A DNA stretch of 23,294 bases from an uncultured archaeon (GTDB taxonomy: Archaea; Asgardarchaeota; Lokiarchaeia; Sigyniarchaeales; SOKP01). Location: contig CAZWEM010000058.1 in the NCBI GenBank assembly GCA_964632315.1, positions 1 through 23,294 on the forward strand, read 5' to 3'. Below, piece after piece: positions 8,740 to 17,588 of the stretch. Position numbers and translations under genes: made by a program. Below the pieces are notes generated by a model. It did not search any database. It had not been told where the DNA came from and worked only from the letters and a program-made list of their open reading frames with translations. The number at the start of each line of letters is the position of its first letter. The stretch's first letter is position 1.

Positions 8740-11607
8740 TTAAAATTTTATTTTCTTCCTTCTTGCAGCATATTTGAATATTTCTATACCTACAATACCT
8801 ATCGAAGATAAGGCTATACAAATTAACCAATCGGATCCACTTAGAAATAAAAAGTTGATTTGTAAGCCTAAACCCCAAACATCATTCACGTAAAAATTAA
8901 CAGGTTGAGAAAAATTGATGTATAGGATATGAATTGTTAATGTGCCTATTGTAATTAAGAAGAGTGAAAGGTTGAATTCTCCCCTAATTGATTGTATAAT
9001 TGATTTATTTGGTCTTCTAAAACCCCATATAAAAGTAGTCTCAGAGATATATATCGTAGTTACTAACATTGTTCTGGCTTTCTGGGCAATGAGGTCCGAT
9101 CCTGAAGGAAGATAGCTCAACATTGGATTGAGGTTTGCAGCATTCAATGGAATTAACCCAGCTAGAGTTAATTGAAGTGCCAAAGCAACTCCGATTCCGA
9201 TAAGAATTGCATTAATAACCAACATTATCCACATGGGTTTATTTAAAAGTTGCTGTTCATCACGAGGTCTTTCTAGCATGACATCCTTAGGATGCGAATC
9301 AATGACCAATGCTATTGAAGGAAGCGAATGTACAATGCCGTAGATATATATATGTTGCCATTCAGAAGAGAATAAAGTAAATGTAGGAACAAATTCATAT
9401 CCGAAAAAAATAGCAGCTTCCATTATGTTTAAACAGATAAAAAAATAGATAATGTTTCTTATCTTAGCAAAAAGGCCTCTTCCGATTTTAACTCCTTTTT
9501 CTATCGATGTAAAATCGTCGTCAGAAATTACTAAATCTGCTACTTCCTTACTTACATCAGTTCCAGTTATTCCCATCGAAATTCCAGCGTCCGCTAATTT
9601 TAATGCAAGTGCATCGTTGACTCCATCTCCAGTCATAGCCACAACATGCTTCTTTGCGCCATCTTGTCCTTGATATCTTCTTACAATGATTTCTTTATCT
9701 TTAGGAGCCACTCTTGCGAAAACACTCACTTTATCGAAATCTTCATCAGATAGGGTTTGAATTTCTGATCCTTCAACTACTAAATCTCCTTTTTTATAAA
9801 TTCTACTTTGAGCTGCAATGGTTTTAGCTGTTTTAGGATGATCTCCCGTAATCATTGCCACTTTTATTCCTCCAGATTCACATTCTAATACTGATTCTTG
9901 AACACCCGGCCTTATAGGGTCTAAAATTGATAGAAATCCTAAAAATAAAAATCCTGTTTCCGCAGATTCTCTGGTTAGACCCTCAAGGTCAGGAATCATT
10001 TTATAAGCTACAGCTAAGGTTCGATAACCCTGATTTGCCCTTTTATTTATTTTATCAAAAATTTCTTGTTTGAATTGGGATATCTCGCTAACACTACCAT
10101 CAATCTCTATTTTAGAGGATTCAGATAAAATTTTTTCAGGAGCACCTTTAGAAAATACGAAGAATTTGTCATCTTGGCTAACTTCTTGACAAACTGTTGT
10201 CATTTGCTTAACTGACGAATCAAAAGAGTATTCTTCAATTAATTTATAATTCTTTTTAATATCATAAGGGAAATAACCTGCTTTCTCAGCCAACACCAAT
10301 AATGAGGCTTCTGTAGGAGAACCAACAGCTTTCCTTATTGCCTTTTCCTTTTGATCGCGAAAATGAACCTTTACATCTTCATAAACTAATCTTGCGTTAT
10401 TATTTACCACAGCGGAATTGATAAAATGAAGAAAGGTTGAATTGTCAGTTAAATTTACATTTTCAGAGTTTAAAGTAATTGATCCATCAGCTTCATAACC
10501 TGCACCTGAGACATCATATTCCACGTTATTTAACCAGAATTTATCCACTGACATTTCATTCTTAGTAATAGTACCCGTTTTGTCAGAACATATCACTGAA
10601 ACACGTCCGAGAGATTCTATAGCCGCCAAGTTCTTAACGATTACACCACTCTGAGCCATATTTAGCACACCAGTTACAAGCACCAAAGTAGATAGTAGAG
10701 GTAAATTGATCGGCATAACATTCGTGGCACGCAACAAGGAATCAGTTAAAGCTACATTTACGAAATGCCCGTACAGTTTTCCCTCAAACGCGAGAATTGA
10801 GAGTTTATAGGTTATTAGTATTATTAGAATCACTATAAGTAAAGCAGCTAAAATATAACCAAGTCGATTTAATTTTTTGGTTAGTGGAATATCTTCTATA
10901 GTGCCCATTTCATTTAATTGGTCAGATATTTTACCTATTTCTGTATTGATTCCAGTTCCATAAACTACCACTTTCCCCCTTCCCGTACTAACATAAGTTC
11001 CCATAAAAACAATATTAGATTGCCGTTGTAAGGGAAGGTTAAGTTCATTTAAAGTATTGATTTCTTTTTGCACTGCTTGAGATTCCCCCGTGAGTGTCGC
11101 TTCATTAACAGTCAAGTTAAAAGCATCTATTATTCTACCATCAGCAGGAATCTTGTCACCTTGTTCGAGTATAATAATATCCCCTGGAAGAACGTCTCTA
11201 TTAGGAATCTCTAATTGCCTACCATCTCTTAGCACCGTTGCTTTCAAAGCAGCAATCTCATATAATGCTTCAAGAGCTTTTTGAGCCCTAAATTGTTGAA
11301 TAATCACAGTAATAGAATTTGCACCGACAATAATAAATGTAAAGGTCGCTGCACTATAATCTCCTAAAATTATTACAAATATTCCAATAAAGATAAGAAT
11401 AATAATTAAAATGTTAAAAATTGGAGCAAGATAGATCTTCCACAGAGATTTTTTAACTTTAGGTAGTTCATTATATCCATAAAGAGAATATTTTCCCTCT
11501 AATTGTGATGATTTTAATCCAATATTTTCATCCACGTTAAACTCTTTTAGTATTTCTTTGACAGATCGTGAATAAAATCCGTTCTCTGATTTGATTGAGT
11601 TAGCCAT
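8740..11607 (-). CDS. P-type ATPase, P2-like scaffold with atypical transport site (copy 2)
   Basis: GDKIPADGRI, TLTGES, CSDKTGTITKNEM, KGAPE, DPIR, MITGD, ARVAPKDK, TGDGVND. M4 reads MPINLP and M6 reads GIVHSLP. Confidence 0.95.
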   Translation of the reverse strand: MANSIKSENGFYSRSVKEILKEFNVDENIGLKSSQLEGKYSLYGYNELPKVKKSLWKIYLAPIFNILIIILIFIGIFVIILGDYSAATFTFIIVGANSITVIIQQFRAQKALEALYEIAALKATVLRDGRQLEIPNRDVLPGDIIILEQGDKIPADGRIIDAFNLTVNEATLTGESQAVQKEINTLNELNLPLQRQSNIVFMGTYVSTGRGKVVVYGTGINTEIGKISDQLNEMGTIEDIPLTKKLNRLGYILAALLIVILIILITYKLSILAFEGKLYGHFVNVALTDSLLRATNVMPINLPLLSTLVLVTGVLNMAQSGVIVKNLAAIESLGRVSVICSDKTGTITKNEMSVDKFWLNNVEYDVSGAGYEADGSITLNSENVNLTDNSTFLHFINSAVVNNNARLVYEDVKVHFRDQKEKAIRKAVGSPTEASLLVLAEKAGYFPYDIKKNYKLIEEYSFDSSVKQMTTVCQEVSQDDKFFVFSKGAPEKILSESSKIEIDGSVSEISQFKQEIFDKINKRANQGYRTLAVAYKMIPDLEGLTRESAETGFLFLGFLSILDPIRPGVQESVLECESGGIKVAMITGDHPKTAKTIAAQSRIYKKGDLVVEGSEIQTLSDEDFDKVSVFARVAPKDKEIIVRRYQGQDGAKKHVVAMTGDGVNDALALKLADAGISMGITGTDVSKEVADLVISDDDFTSIEKGVKIGRGLFAKIRNIIYFFICLNIMEAAIFFGYEFVPTFTLFSSEWQHIYIYGIVHSLPSIALVIDSHPKDVMLERPRDEQQLLNKPMWIMLVINAILIGIGVALALQLTLAGLIPLNAANLNPMLSYLPSGSDLIAQKARTMLVTTIYISETTFIWGFRRPNKSIIQSIRGEFNLSLFLITIGTLTIHILYINFSQPVNFYVNDVWGLGLQINFLFLSGSDWLICIALSSIGIVGIEIFKYAARRKKIKF

Positions 11608-11690
11608 CTTTCAATTAATATTTTTAATATGTAATAGTTTTATTTAGACTTCAAGCTTTATTAATAATCTAGCTAAATTTGCAGAATTTT

Positions 11691-12659
11691 TCAGACTTTT
11701 AATTCTGTGGGATCTCCCAACAAGTCTTTAAGGATGTGAAATTTCTTCCGTATTGTTGTACTTGAAAATCTGCTTGTTTTTTCAACCAGACTTTGGGTAA
11801 ATATTTTAGGATTTTCCAATGTTTGTCCAATATAATAGATTAAACCTGCTGTAAATGCCTTATAATTTAAATTTTGTAAGTATCTATAGGGAATGCTTGT
11901 TAGTATTCGATCCGCAATTAACTGCATATCGATTTTTAACTTGTTAAATTCTTCTTGATCAGCGATATATTCTTTCAATTCTTCAAATGGGATATTATTC
12001 ATATCTTTTTGAAAAAGGATTTTAATTTTCTTTTTAATTTCTCGTTCTAGTTGTGAAATTGATAGCGTTTGTTTATCATCGAGATTAGTTTCGGTTCTCG
12101 TTATTTTTTCCATTGCATTATTTAACATTTTTTTGTTTATTTTGTGCCCTAATTCTCGAGAAGTCTTAATAAATTCTTCAACCCGTATATTTGTGGTATC
12201 TTTAATTTCCATCCATACGATAGCTAAGAAAATAATAATCATATTCTGGTAAGTTTGGCGATGATATTTGTTATACCGAAGATATCTCTTCTTTATATGT
12301 TGATATTTAACGTTATCAATATTTAAACCAATTTCATACGATTTTAGTAAATCTATAGTTTTTTTCTGCTCAGAAAAATTAGTATGATAATCTCTAAACC
12401 ACTTGTCCAAGGTTTTTAACTTTTCATACTTCTGTTTGATTTTTGGATTCTGAGTTGCTCTTGAATCGCCTACTCTTATCTTTCTTTCATACGCTTGTTG
12501 AGAATCTGAATAAAAAGAAGCACTTGAACTGGTCTCAAACTCTAATCCTTCATCAACAATTAGCCCACAATCCTTACACACAATATAAGGGCCATCTTGC
12601 ATTAAGTTTTGATGCGTGCAAATGGGAGTTTCCGAATTATTCTTTTCATTCTCACTCAA
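11691..12659 (-). CDS. Divergent TFB/TFIIB-like protein (Zn ribbon plus cyclin-like repeats)
   Basis: N-terminal CTH...VCKDCGLIV Zn ribbon. C-terminal KAFTAGLIYY...TQSLVEKTSRFSSTTIRKK resembles TFB repeat 2 and its HTH. Repeat 1 is degenerate. Confidence 0.7.
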   Translation of the reverse strand: MSENEKNNSETPICTHQNLMQDGPYIVCKDCGLIVDEGLEFETSSSASFYSDSQQAYERKIRVGDSRATQNPKIKQKYEKLKTLDKWFRDYHTNFSEQKKTIDLLKSYEIGLNIDNVKYQHIKKRYLRYNKYHRQTYQNMIIIFLAIVWMEIKDTTNIRVEEFIKTSRELGHKINKKMLNNAMEKITRTETNLDDKQTLSISQLEREIKKKIKILFQKDMNNIPFEELKEYIADQEEFNKLKIDMQLIADRILTSIPYRYLQNLNYKAFTAGLIYYIGQTLENPKIFTQSLVEKTSRFSSTTIRKKFHILKDLLGDPTELKV

Positions 12660-12784
12660 GTGTGATTCATATCATTATTGTTTTTAATAACAACCAATTT
12701 ATGTAGAAAGTTTATTTAAATTTTTATAAAATGCGAACAAATTAATAATTAACCACAAATATTTCGTTATAGATTTTTTAAGAT

Positions 12785-13366
12785 GTGAATGGAACAATGG
12801 ATCGCGAGGGTGTCTTAAAATGGCTTAAGATTTTTTCGATTGGATTTATAATTTTATATTTATTAGAAATATTGGACTTATTTTTCTTTGGTACTATGCA
12901 AATTACTGTTGAGAGTGAACAGAAATTTGTCGCTAATTTAATTTTTTCATCAGAATTCACAGATCTATCATCCTCAATATTATATATCTTTTTAATAATC
13001 TTATCCTTTGTATATTTAACATTTTCAGTCTTCCTTTTAAGGCTTGCATTGAAACAAAATGTAGAAAATATAAGACTTTCGAAAATGGTTCTCATGGTTG
13101 GACTTATTTTCCTAGCAGCAAATTTCATAAAATTATTTTATCTTTACATGATTGACAATAGCATTGTAAGTATTCCACCTTCCATCCATTCAAAATTCAT
13201 AGAAATTATTTACAACTTTTCAATTACCCCATTATTTATAGCAATTATGTGGTTATATATCTCTATAGTTGCATCTACTATGATTATTTCCGGTTTAATT
13301 TTTGGTGGAGTAGGTTTACAGTGGTTTCTTAAGTTAAATACTGAATTTCGAAAAGCTAAGAAATAA
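12785..13366 (+). CDS. Hypothetical 4-TM membrane protein
   Basis: Four hydrophobic segments and a basic C-terminus; fills the gap between the two TFB-family genes. Start is GTG 12785 or ATG 12797. Confidence 0.7.
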   Translation: MNGTMDREGVLKWLKIFSIGFIILYLLEILDLFFFGTMQITVESEQKFVANLIFSSEFTDLSSSILYIFLIILSFVYLTFSVFLLRLALKQNVENIRLSKMVLMVGLIFLAANFIKLFYLYMIDNSIVSIPPSIHSKFIEIIYNFSITPLFIAIMWLYISIVASTMIISGLIFGGVGLQWFLKLNTEFRKAKK

Positions 13367-13382
13367 TATAATAAAAAGAAGA

Positions 13383-14312
13383 TTAAGATAAAATATTTTT
13401 TATTTGTTTTGCCCTTGAGCGCAATGTGACCTCGGTGATTTTTGCTACGTCTGCAACATTAGACTGTGTCTTTCGCACACTTCCATCTTTTGCAGCGATA
13501 TAAATGCAAGCAGCAGCTAATCCTTTAGGATCCTTTCCAGTTCTTTTTAACCCATGTTTTGAAGCCTTACGAAGCATGTCTATAGCAACTCTTTGAATTT
13601 TCATAGGTAACTCAAGTTCATTACCAAAACGGAAAACTAATGATTCGGCAGTTATTGGTTGATATCTTAACCCCAACTGAGGTAAAACTTCTCGAATGAT
13701 CATTGCTAAACTTCTATGTACTGTTCTACGTGGAGTCATAGAAGCTTCGCACACTTCATCGAGTAAACGAGGAAAGTCATGAACCCTTATAGCAGCATAT
13801 AAAGATCCTGCGATAAATCCATTAATGGATCGTCCCATTGTAAGTTTCTTTTTTGCTACAATGCTATAAATTTTCCAAGCTGTCTCACTTATGTATTCGG
13901 GAATATTTAATTTAGATGTGAGCATTTTTAACTTGGGTTTGGCTTCCCAAAAATTTCGCTCAATACTTGAAATTAATGAATTTTGTATTTTAGATAATCT
14001 TGAGAATAAAGCTTGTTCTTTTGGTCCAATACTCTTCCCTTTTGAATCCGTTTTTGTCGTTGGTAACATAGTACGCGGCCCAAAATCCCGCCATCTAGGT
14101 TCAGTTCGTCTCCTAGTTTGTATTTCTTCGATCGTATATGCCCGTCGCTCATTTCCAACGTAAGTTCTTTCAGATATTAGTCCACAATTCAAACATACTT
14201 TGTTACCGTCCCTTTCTTCAATGCAAGGGTTGTCACAGCACTCTGCGGCATAACGGGTGTTTTCTTGATCTATGTTCTTACTTTTAATGAGTTCTCTGTA
14301 AGGATTGTTCAT
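13383..14312 (-). CDS. tfb: Transcription initiation factor IIB (TFB)
   Basis: Zn ribbon CC...VCLNCGLI, B-reader-like ERRAY, ERN, repeat 1 GRSINGFIAGSLYAAIR, repeat 2 GKDPKGLAAACIYIAA, and TQSNVADVAKITEVTLRSR HTH. Confidence 0.92.
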   Translation of the reverse strand: MNNPYRELIKSKNIDQENTRYAAECCDNPCIEERDGNKVCLNCGLISERTYVGNERRAYTIEEIQTRRRTEPRWRDFGPRTMLPTTKTDSKGKSIGPKEQALFSRLSKIQNSLISSIERNFWEAKPKLKMLTSKLNIPEYISETAWKIYSIVAKKKLTMGRSINGFIAGSLYAAIRVHDFPRLLDEVCEASMTPRRTVHRSLAMIIREVLPQLGLRYQPITAESLVFRFGNELELPMKIQRVAIDMLRKASKHGLKRTGKDPKGLAAACIYIAAKDGSVRKTQSNVADVAKITEVTLRSRAKQIKNILS

Positions 14313-14581
14313 AATATATCACGATAACCATATAATTCAGTTTGACGCATTCTATGATGATAAATTCTGTATTAAAAACAGTAGTTATTAAATTATTAAT
14401 AACAAAACCATATGTAGATAAATATTATCCAAGTTGTAAATATAAATCTTTGTCTAACTATATGAAAATATTCATTATAAATCCCACAAATTTCCCTAAA
14501 AACTATGAAAATGTTCAACTATGAATTAAAATCAAAAACATATTATTTAATTCTATATTTGCCTTCTAAAAGGTGCATTAA

Positions 14582-15097
14582 ATGGATTTTTATGATGTTA
14601 TAAAATCAAGAAGAAGTTATCGAATGTATAAACCCAAAGTTCCTGAAAATGCAAAAATCAAGAGAATCATAAACGCTGCTCGTTTAGCTCCTACGTGGGC
14701 AAATATGCAGGGAATGGAATACATTATCGTGAAGGATCCAGATATGGTTAAAGCAGTATGGAAAGCTGTTAATCAGAAGCAAAAGTTTGTAGATGCTCCA
14801 ATATTTATTGTAGGAGTAATAAAAGAAAGTGGATCAGGACAAAATGCCAATGGTGAGAAATATTACCCAGTAGATTTTGGTATATGCTTTGAACACCTCA
14901 TTTTGGCGGCAACTGCTGAAGGATTAGGAACTTGTTGGATAGGCTGGTTTAATGAAAAGAAGTTAAAAGAGACTTTATCAATCCCAGATAAATTAAGAGT
15001 GTTAGGATTAACTCCTCTCGGTTATCCTCTTAAAGAGAAAGGAGAAGTTTCTGATCGGAAGAAACTTGAAGATATCATACATTATGATAGATTTTAA
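14582..15097 (+). CDS. Nitroreductase family flavoprotein
   Basis: IKSRRSYR, ARLAPTWANMQ, LAATAEGLGTCWIG, TPLGYP and RK motifs. Confidence 0.92.
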   Translation: MDFYDVIKSRRSYRMYKPKVPENAKIKRIINAARLAPTWANMQGMEYIIVKDPDMVKAVWKAVNQKQKFVDAPIFIVGVIKESGSGQNANGEKYYPVDFGICFEHLILAATAEGLGTCWIGWFNEKKLKETLSIPDKLRVLGLTPLGYPLKEKGEVSDRKKLEDIIHYDRF

Positions 15098-15173
15098 TCT
15101 TATCTATTTCATTCTATTTTCTTTATTAATTATATAAGTAAATCTAATATAAATTCGAAAAATTACTTTATAT

Positions 15174-16904
15174 ATGAAGCTAATACGTATTAATTTAAAG
15201 ACAAATTCAATTATTCAAGAAGAAATTGATATAAATTCAGAGTATTTTCTATTTGGTGCTCGAGGTTTAACCTCTAACATTATCAGTAATGAAGTAAATC
15301 CTCACGTTGAACCCTTAAGTTCAGAAAATAAACTCATCATCGCAAATGGATTACTTGCAGGAAGTCCTTTTCCCAATTCTGCAAGAACTTCAGTTGGTGC
15401 TAAAAGCCCACTAACCAATGGAATTAAAGAAGCAAATGTTGGTGGAAGAGGTGCGATGATGTTAGCAAGATATGGAATAAGAGGTATAATTCTTGAAAGT
15501 ATCTCAGATTCCTTAAAAGTTATCATCATCAATGAAAAACAAGTCGAATTAAAAAATGCTCAAGAATATGAGGGTCTTGGAAATTACGAGCTTCATTCAA
15601 AACTAAAATCTAAGTATGGGGATAAGATAGGTATTTATTCCATAGGTCCCGCTGGAGAACATCTCATGAAATCTGCTACGGTTGCTGCAAACGATTTAGA
15701 AGGATATCCAAGTAGGCATGCCGCAAGAGGTGGATTAGGTGCAGTTATGGGTTCAAAAAAAGTGAAAGCTATAGTAATTCTTCCACCTAAAGTTTCAAAC
15801 GTGCCAATGCATGACTTAAAAAAATTTAGAGAAACCTCAACTCCTTTTGCTAAAGTTTTAGCAGAAACTAAACAAGCCTTTTCAACATTTGGCACGCCAA
15901 TGATGATGAAAGGGATGAGTGGGTATGGAGCACTTCCAACAAAAAATTTTCGAATGGCATCATTCGAAAAAATAGCTAAAATATCCGGAGAGGCTCTACA
16001 TGATATGGTTATAAAGCGGGGTGGAAAAAAGCGTTTAGCTTGTAGCCCAACTTGTGTTATAAAATGCTCTAATCTCGTGGTTGATGAAAATGGAAAACAT
16101 ATCACGTCTAGTCTCGAATATGAAACGATGTGCTTGAATGGAAGTAACTTGATGATTGATGATTTAGAAAGCTTGGCTTGGATTGATCATTATTGCGATG
16201 ATGTTGGAATTGATACCATAGAATATGGCGGGACTTGCGGAGTAGCAATGGATAGTGAAAAAATGAAATGGGGTGATTCGGAGAGAGTGATTGAGATATT
16301 AAATGAAGAAATTAGAAATAACACAAAAATTGGAAAAATCTATGGTAATGGAGTTAAGCATATCGGGCAGTTATTAAATGCAAAAAGAGTCCCCCAAGTT
16401 AAAGGACAAGGATTATCAGCGTATGATCCAAGAGTTATGAAAGCGATGGGTGTTACTTTCGCAACCAGCCCTATGGGCGCCGACCATACTAGTGGTGCTG
16501 CTATAGTAAGCCGGGTTCCACGTCAAGATAGGGAGTATGGGGAATATTTAGATGATGAACATAAATTAGACCTTTCATTTGAACTTCAAGTTTATACTGC
16601 TGTGATGGATTCGATGGGATGCTGCTATTTCATAGGACCAAGTTATGAGAACATGGAATTAATTGCTTCAGCTCTTAATGCCATGTATGACTTAGAACTA
16701 ACTCGAAAGGATGTTATTGAAATTGGGATTAATATATTGAAAACCGAAATTGAATTTAATAGAAAAGCAGGAATCACTCAAGAAATGAATGATGTTCCCG
16801 ATTTTTTCAAGAGAGAAGAATCAAATCCTCACCCCTTAAAATTTACTTTCGATAAATCCGAACTTCTAAATTTCTGGAAGCGATTAGAAGCCCATGAATA
16901 TTAA
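15174..16904 (+). CDS. aor: Aldehyde:ferredoxin oxidoreductase family (tungstopterin, [4Fe-4S])
   Basis: KSPLTNGIKEANVGG, IGPAGE, AARGGLGAVMGSKKVKAI, CSPTCVIKC, EYET, DDVGIDTIE, YDPR, GADH and DSMGCCYF. Confidence 0.92.
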   Translation: MKLIRINLKTNSIIQEEIDINSEYFLFGARGLTSNIISNEVNPHVEPLSSENKLIIANGLLAGSPFPNSARTSVGAKSPLTNGIKEANVGGRGAMMLARYGIRGIILESISDSLKVIIINEKQVELKNAQEYEGLGNYELHSKLKSKYGDKIGIYSIGPAGEHLMKSATVAANDLEGYPSRHAARGGLGAVMGSKKVKAIVILPPKVSNVPMHDLKKFRETSTPFAKVLAETKQAFSTFGTPMMMKGMSGYGALPTKNFRMASFEKIAKISGEALHDMVIKRGGKKRLACSPTCVIKCSNLVVDENGKHITSSLEYETMCLNGSNLMIDDLESLAWIDHYCDDVGIDTIEYGGTCGVAMDSEKMKWGDSERVIEILNEEIRNNTKIGKIYGNGVKHIGQLLNAKRVPQVKGQGLSAYDPRVMKAMGVTFATSPMGADHTSGAAIVSRVPRQDREYGEYLDDEHKLDLSFELQVYTAVMDSMGCCYFIGPSYENMELIASALNAMYDLELTRKDVIEIGINILKTEIEFNRKAGITQEMNDVPDFFKREESNPHPLKFTFDKSELLNFWKRLEAHEY

Positions 16905-16908
16905 CTAA

Positions 16909-16915
16909 TTTTTTT
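16909..16915 (+). terminator. Oligo-T terminator candidate after aor
   Basis: T7 run 4 nt after the stop codon, in a short convergent intergenic gap. Confidence 0.4.
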
Positions 16916-16944
16916 AATTCATAAATCCTTGAATTCTATTGGAT

Positions 16945-17487
16945 TTATTTTTTAATGTAATTTAGATAACCTTTTCGATGAAGAAAATATTCAATTAAGA
17001 GGATTGTTGTTAAACCAAAACTCACCAAAATAATCTCTACGATTTTCTCAACATAATATAAAGATGGCATTCGTAATAGAAACAAAATGGAGATAGAAAT
17101 ATAGATTGCTCCACCTAAGACAAAATACACTTTTTTTTTTCTATAAATAGACAATGAGAAATGCCAACAGATTAATAATGCTAAAATTGAAATCGTAATA
17201 AATAAGAGATTTAAAAATCCTAATTGATACATTATTAAGATTAAAATTCCAATTCCTGCGGAATAAAAGCTGAGAATTATTAAAATTTTATATTTATTGT
17301 TTACAATCACACTAAATTCCAATTTTAGAAAAATGCTTAACAATAACCATGGAATAATTATTAAATTAGTTATGATTGAGCTAAAATTCAAGAAACAATT
17401 AAATATAATAGATAGAGCTAATCCTACTAAAATTAAAACGGCTCCAATTAAGCGAAAAATTGTTTTTCTTTTTGCTTTGATGCTCAT
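16945..17487 (-). CDS. Hypothetical ~6-TM membrane protein
   Basis: Six hydrophobic helices with Lys-rich loops; ATG start. Confidence 0.7.
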   Translation of the reverse strand: MSIKAKRKTIFRLIGAVLILVGLALSIIFNCFLNFSSIITNLIIIPWLLLSIFLKLEFSVIVNNKYKILIILSFYSAGIGILILIMYQLGFLNLLFITISILALLICWHFSLSIYRKKKVYFVLGGAIYISISILFLLRMPSLYYVEKIVEIILVSFGLTTILLIEYFLHRKGYLNYIKK

Positions 17488-17588
17488 TTCTTAAACATTG
17501 ATTAATATAAAATATTTATTTATAACTTTATAACTTAAAAAAACTAATTATGAATTATTATTAATTATAATCTTGAAAATTGATTTTG

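Noticed and set aside
5639-11607. Calling the ATPases SERCA-type Ca2+ pumps, or bona fide P4/P5 ATPases
   Set aside because: The E309, N796 and D800 equivalents are missing, so they are not SERCA. They have TGE(S/A) rather than DGET and no M5 Lys, so they are not true P4, and no PPxLP, so they are not P5.
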